64,000 nt of DNA from Endomicrobiales bacterium (lineage in GTDB: Bacteria; Elusimicrobiota; Endomicrobiia; Endomicrobiales; JALOBY01). The stretch is taken from positions 416,001-480,000 of the forward strand of contig CAWCNJ010000008.1 of the NCBI GenBank assembly GCA_963796955.1, given 5' to 3'. The notes below the pieces were generated by a model. That model did no database searches. It was given only the letters and a program-made list of their open reading frames with translations, and was not told the DNA's origin. The position numbers were made by a program, and so were the translations under genes. This document shows positions 59,842 to 64,000 of the stretch, piece by piece. Position 1 is the first letter of the stretch. Each line of letters begins with the position of its first letter.

Positions 59842-60716
59842 AGAAATTTTGCATTTCAGTTTTACTCTGGGGCATTATGGCTTTTAACATTGAAGCGGCC
59901 TATGGAACCGATGAAATTAAACTCACTCCTGAACAGCTTCATACACCGGTTCTAGAATTCAGCAAAGTTGGTGAAAAAGCGTTAAATGCCAGCATAGACA
60001 TCCTGGGTGTTATCGCCTACGACACCGACAAGGTTATCCAACTGCGCCCGGAAAGATCCGGAAAGCTGGAGAAATTCCTGGTATCTATAGGCGATAGCGT
60101 TGATGTCGGACAGACCATTGCCGGATACACTGTAGAGAACGATACCTCATCAATGAAGGAGTTGAAGTCAACGTATAAGGGGATGGTCATGGGTATATAC
60201 GCCGAGCCAGGTGACAGCCTTGACCCAAGCATCCCGGCAATGTCGATAGCCGATACCTCTTCTATGCGGTGCATACTTGATGTGTATGAAAAAGATATTA
60301 AGTATGTAAAAAAAGGCGAGGACGTGGAAGTCTCCGTCTCGGCCTTCCCGGGAAAGATATTCCGCGGCAAAGTCACCTACGTTTCTTCCCGCGTTGACGA
60401 AAACTCAAGGACTATAAAAGTGCGGGCCGATATCGCTAACCCGGGGGACGAGCTTAAGTACGGCATGTTCGTAAGCGCGACCGTGAAAGACAACAGCCAC
60501 CGGGCATTGATGATACCCGAAAATTCTCTTCAGCAGTTGACCGGTGATACGGTGGTTTTCATTTTAAAGAACGACAAAACGGCCGCCCCCAGGCGCGTAA
60601 CTACCGGCCAGCACCGCGGCGGATTTGTAGAAATACTTTCCGGCTTGAAAAAAGGGGAAACGATCATTTCAAAAGGCGGTTTTGTCTTGAAGTCGGAACT
60701 TGAGAACAACAACTGA
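59838..60716 (+). CDS. RND periplasmic adaptor (CzcB/CusB-like)
   Basis: DVYEKD, SRTIKVR, LKYGMFV, VEILSGL. Confidence 0.9.
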   Translation: MKKFCISVLLWGIMAFNIEAAYGTDEIKLTPEQLHTPVLEFSKVGEKALNASIDILGVIAYDTDKVIQLRPERSGKLEKFLVSIGDSVDVGQTIAGYTVENDTSSMKELKSTYKGMVMGIYAEPGDSLDPSIPAMSIADTSSMRCILDVYEKDIKYVKKGEDVEVSVSAFPGKIFRGKVTYVSSRVDENSRTIKVRADIANPGDELKYGMFVSATVKDNSHRALMIPENSLQQLTGDTVVFILKNDKTAAPRRVTTGQHRGGFVEILSGLKKGETIISKGGFVLKSELENNN

Positions 60717-60723
60717 GGCACCT

Positions 60724-63700
60724 ATGATAAAAAAACTCGTTTCATTCGCGCTGCATCAGCCATTTTTTCTTTTATTGATAACGGCGATATTTATAGCCGC
60801 CGGCGTATTCGCTTTCAAAGCCCTGCCGATCGAGGCCTTCCCGGATGTCACCGACGTGCAGGTAACGGTCATCTCGCTTTTCCCGGGGCATGCGCCGGAA
60901 GAGGTGGAAAAACAGGTGACCATGCCGGTGGAACTGGCCCTGAGCGGCCTGCCCCATTGCGCGAGAATGTTTTCGCACAGCCAGTTCGGTCTCTCGTACG
61001 TCATCCTAACCTTCGACGACAAGGCCAACGACTACTTTGCGCGCCAGCAGGTTTTGGAAAGGCTCTCAGGCATTGACCTGCCGCCCAACGTGCAGCCGCA
61101 GCTGGCGCCGCTCTCGACCGCCATCGGCGAGATCTACCGGTACCGCATCAAGGGGAACGGTCTTTCGCCGACGGACGCGAGAACGATCCAGGACTGGACT
61201 ATCAGCAGATACCTCAAAATGATACCGGGTGTCGCCGATGTTACCAGTTTCGGCGGTATGATAAAACAGTATCAGGTCAGTCTTGATCTGGCGAAAATGA
61301 AGTCCTATAAGGTTACATTGCAGCAAATTATGACCGCCCTCGGCCGGGGCAACTCGAATTCCGGCGGAGGCTATATTGAGCAGGGTGAGCAGCAGTATAT
61401 TATTCGCGGCATCGGCCTGCTGCGCTCAGCTGAAGATATAGGCAACATTGTTTTAACGGAACGGGGCGGCACACCGCTGTTGATAAAAGACATAGCTGAA
61501 ACAACCACCGATTCCGTGCCAAGGCAGGATATCGTCGGCCAGGACAACGAAGACGATGTGGCAACGGGTATCGTGCTTATGCGAAAAGGGGAGAATCCGT
61601 CCGAGGTTTTACAACAGGTGCACGAAAGGGTGGAAACGCTTAACAATTCAATGCTGCCCAAAGGCGTGCGCATAGAACCTTTTTACGACCGGACCGCCCT
61701 GATACATGCGACTTTAAAAACTGTTTTCAAAAACCTTATCGAGGGCGCCTTGCTGGTTGCGCTGGTGTTGTATCTTTTCCTGGGTCACTTTAAATCCGCG
61801 GCGATAGTCGCGGCAATAATACCTCTTTCACTGCTGGCAACATTCCTGGGGCTCGAGCTGCGGGGAATACCGGCCAACCTGCTGTCGCTCGGTGCGATCG
61901 ATTTCGGGATCATCGTGGACGGCGCGGTGATCATAGTAGAGAATGTGTTCAGAAAGCTGTCGACCCACCGAGATAAAAACCTGGAATCCATGAAAGGGGC
62001 CATAAAAGAAGCCGTCATCCAGGTCGGAAGACCGACATTATTTTCAATGCTGATCATTATCATCGCCCATATCCCCATCCTTGCGCTGCAGCGGCAGGAA
62101 GGGAGGATATTTGCACCCATGGCCTATACCATAATATCAGCGCTGATAGGATCGCTCTTTTTCTCTATGACGCTGGTTCCCTTATTCTGTTTCTATTTTT
62201 TGAGGGGGGACTTACCCGAGCACGACAACAAACTTGTTTCATTGTGTAAACGTATCTATAGCCATTTATTATTTAAAACACTGAAGAGGCCTAAAACAGT
62301 GCTGATCTGCGCGATATCACTGGTCGCGGCGAGCCTTTTCATTGTGCCGAAACTGGGGACGGAATTCCTTCCGGAATTGAATGAAGGGACGTTATGGATC
62401 AATATCACTCTGCCGGCCGGCGTATCGCTCAGTGAGACGTCACGGATCTGCCGCTTTATCCGTACGACACTGATGAAATTCCCGGAGGTCAACACCGTCA
62501 TATCAAAAGCCGGCAGGCCTGAAGACGGGACCGATCCGAAGACTTTGAATATGACGGAGACGTATGTCGATTTAAAACCTGAAGGCGAATGGAAACGAAA
62601 GATCACGCGGGGACAGCTGCTGCATGAAATGGATGAACAGTTAAGCGTGCTGCCCGGAGCCGACGTAAGTTTTTCGCAGCCGATACGGGACAACGTGCTT
62701 GAGAGTATTTCGCAGGTTGACGGCCAGGTCATCATCAAACTTTTCTCCAGCGACCCGTTAACGATATATGATACGGCCCGTAATGTGCTTGGCGCTATCT
62801 CGAAAGTACGCGGTGTCGCGAAAGCGTTCATTGACCGGGCGGGGGAGATACCGCAACTACAGATAACCATCGATCGCCAGCGGGCCTCACGCTACGGCCT
62901 GAATGTCGCGGATGTGCAGGATGTTATTGAAACAGCCCTTGGCGGAAAAGAGGCGACTGAGATATGGGAAGGTGAACAAAAATTCGGGGTCATGGTCCGC
63001 CTGCCGGATAAAGCGCGCGAAAATATCGGCAGCATCAGGAACCTGCTGATCGACACCCCTTCAGGTATGCGTATACCGTTGGAAGAGATCGCCGCTGTTT
63101 CCATAAAGAACGGCAGGATGAATATCAGCAGGGAGAACGCGATGAGGGTCGCCGCCATAAGTATTTTTATCGGCGACCGTGATATGGGCAGCACGGTTAA
63201 AGAAATGCAAGAAGTGGTAAAAAGATCGGTATCACTTCCCAAAGGTAACTTCATTGTCTGGCAGGGTGAATTTGAGAATCAGCAAAGGGCGATGAAGCGC
63301 CTCGCGGTCATTGTGCCGATAATCGTGTTCCTGATATTCGTGCTGCTTTTCGATGCTTTCTCATCGGCAAAAAACGCGTTCCTGATATTATTTACCATAC
63401 CGTTCGCGATCGTCGGCGGCATACTTATATTGTACGTTACGAAGATGCCCTTAAGCGTTTCAGCGGTGATCGGCTTTATCGCATTATCGGGGCAGGCCGT
63501 GTTGAACGGCGTGGTCATGCTGACCTATTTTAATGATCTGCGAAAAACAGGAATGAAACAATTCGAAGCGGTCTATAACGGTGCGATCGTGCGGCTGCGT
63601 CCGGTGTTGATGACGACGCTGCTTGCGATGTTCGGTTTTCTGCCAATGGCCTTATCTAAGGGCATAGGTTCAGAAGTACAAAAACCGCTGGCAACGGTAA

Positions 63701-63792
63701 TTATAGGAGGCCTTATTTCGGCGACGGTAATGACCCTGTTCGTGCTTCCGGTATTGTACTTATTTTTCGAAAAGCCCGATGACCCGGCATAA
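60724..63792 (+). CDS. CusA/CzcA heavy-metal efflux RND transporter
   Basis: LPIEAFPDV, GAIDFGIIVDGAV, FLPELNEG, RLRPVLMT. Confidence 0.95.
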   Translation: MIKKLVSFALHQPFFLLLITAIFIAAGVFAFKALPIEAFPDVTDVQVTVISLFPGHAPEEVEKQVTMPVELALSGLPHCARMFSHSQFGLSYVILTFDDKANDYFARQQVLERLSGIDLPPNVQPQLAPLSTAIGEIYRYRIKGNGLSPTDARTIQDWTISRYLKMIPGVADVTSFGGMIKQYQVSLDLAKMKSYKVTLQQIMTALGRGNSNSGGGYIEQGEQQYIIRGIGLLRSAEDIGNIVLTERGGTPLLIKDIAETTTDSVPRQDIVGQDNEDDVATGIVLMRKGENPSEVLQQVHERVETLNNSMLPKGVRIEPFYDRTALIHATLKTVFKNLIEGALLVALVLYLFLGHFKSAAIVAAIIPLSLLATFLGLELRGIPANLLSLGAIDFGIIVDGAVIIVENVFRKLSTHRDKNLESMKGAIKEAVIQVGRPTLFSMLIIIIAHIPILALQRQEGRIFAPMAYTIISALIGSLFFSMTLVPLFCFYFLRGDLPEHDNKLVSLCKRIYSHLLFKTLKRPKTVLICAISLVAASLFIVPKLGTEFLPELNEGTLWINITLPAGVSLSETSRICRFIRTTLMKFPEVNTVISKAGRPEDGTDPKTLNMTETYVDLKPEGEWKRKITRGQLLHEMDEQLSVLPGADVSFSQPIRDNVLESISQVDGQVIIKLFSSDPLTIYDTARNVLGAISKVRGVAKAFIDRAGEIPQLQITIDRQRASRYGLNVADVQDVIETALGGKEATEIWEGEQKFGVMVRLPDKARENIGSIRNLLIDTPSGMRIPLEEIAAVSIKNGRMNISRENAMRVAAISIFIGDRDMGSTVKEMQEVVKRSVSLPKGNFIVWQGEFENQQRAMKRLAVIVPIIVFLIFVLLFDAFSSAKNAFLILFTIPFAIVGGILILYVTKMPLSVSAVIGFIALSGQAVLNGVVMLTYFNDLRKTGMKQFEAVYNGAIVRLRPVLMTTLLAMFGFLPMALSKGIGSEVQKPLATVIIGGLISATVMTLFVLPVLYLFFEKPDDPA

Positions 63793-63850
63793 TTGAAAAA
63801 TGCTGGAACATAAGACTATAAATTTGCTATAATCTAGCTGAGGATTCAAC

Positions 63851-64000
63851 ATGATTCAAGTACAGAACATCTATAAATATTACGGCGATACCAAAGTCCT
63901 GGATGACGTTTCGTTTACGATCGAAAAGGGCAGGATTCTGGGATTCCTCGGGCCGAACGGCGCGGGGAAATCCACGACCATGAAGATACTGAGCTGTTTT
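63851..64000 (+). CDS. ABC transporter ATP-binding protein (partial, N-terminus)
   Basis: MIQVQNIYKYYG...GFLGPNGAGKSTTMK; runs off the window. Confidence 0.9.
   Translation, partial: MIQVQNIYKYYGDTKVLDDVSFTIEKGRILGFLGPNGAGKSTTMKILSCF

Overview
A 64-kb bacterial chromosomal window from a diderm organism (GT9 heptosyltransferase, TolC, AsmA). The overall style is reminiscent of Elusimicrobiota, but that is an unverified impression. Most of it is housekeeping: glycosyltransferases, LarE, an OYE reductase, a CheB-CheR-PAS-histidine kinase fusion, a LolCDE-like ABC module with LolA-like and outer-membrane proteins, ldh, a basic amino-acid decarboxylase, dksA-like, lpd-gcvTH-PA-PB, nadE, ldcA-spmAB, nspC/CANSDH, ogg, miaB, mutS-PilZ-mutL, miaA and czcCBA-like efflux. 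There are two accessory islands. (1) 18.5-27.1 kb is a type I R-M locus with four cargo genes between hsdM and hsdS, plus rhuM. (2) 36.9-42.0 kb holds a DUF6804 gene, an orphan MNT, an ABC-ATPase + TOPRIM-like pair split by a 1575-bp DDE IS, a ~183-nt rod-like non-coding hairpin and a nucleotidyltransferase/small-protein pair. The IS has a 6-bp target duplication, subterminal inverted repeats, an A8G slippery site and a structured non-coding end. The best candidates for undescribed biology are the rod-like element upstream of the nucleotidyltransferase, the atypical IS, the secreted Ca-loop protein ending in an RSPP arrest-like motif upstream of czcCBA, and the R-M cargo pairs. Five single-base frameshifts, including one in miaA, suggest assembly indel errors. 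No rRNA, tRNA or CRISPR array was seen. Family assignments come from recalled motifs, not database searches.
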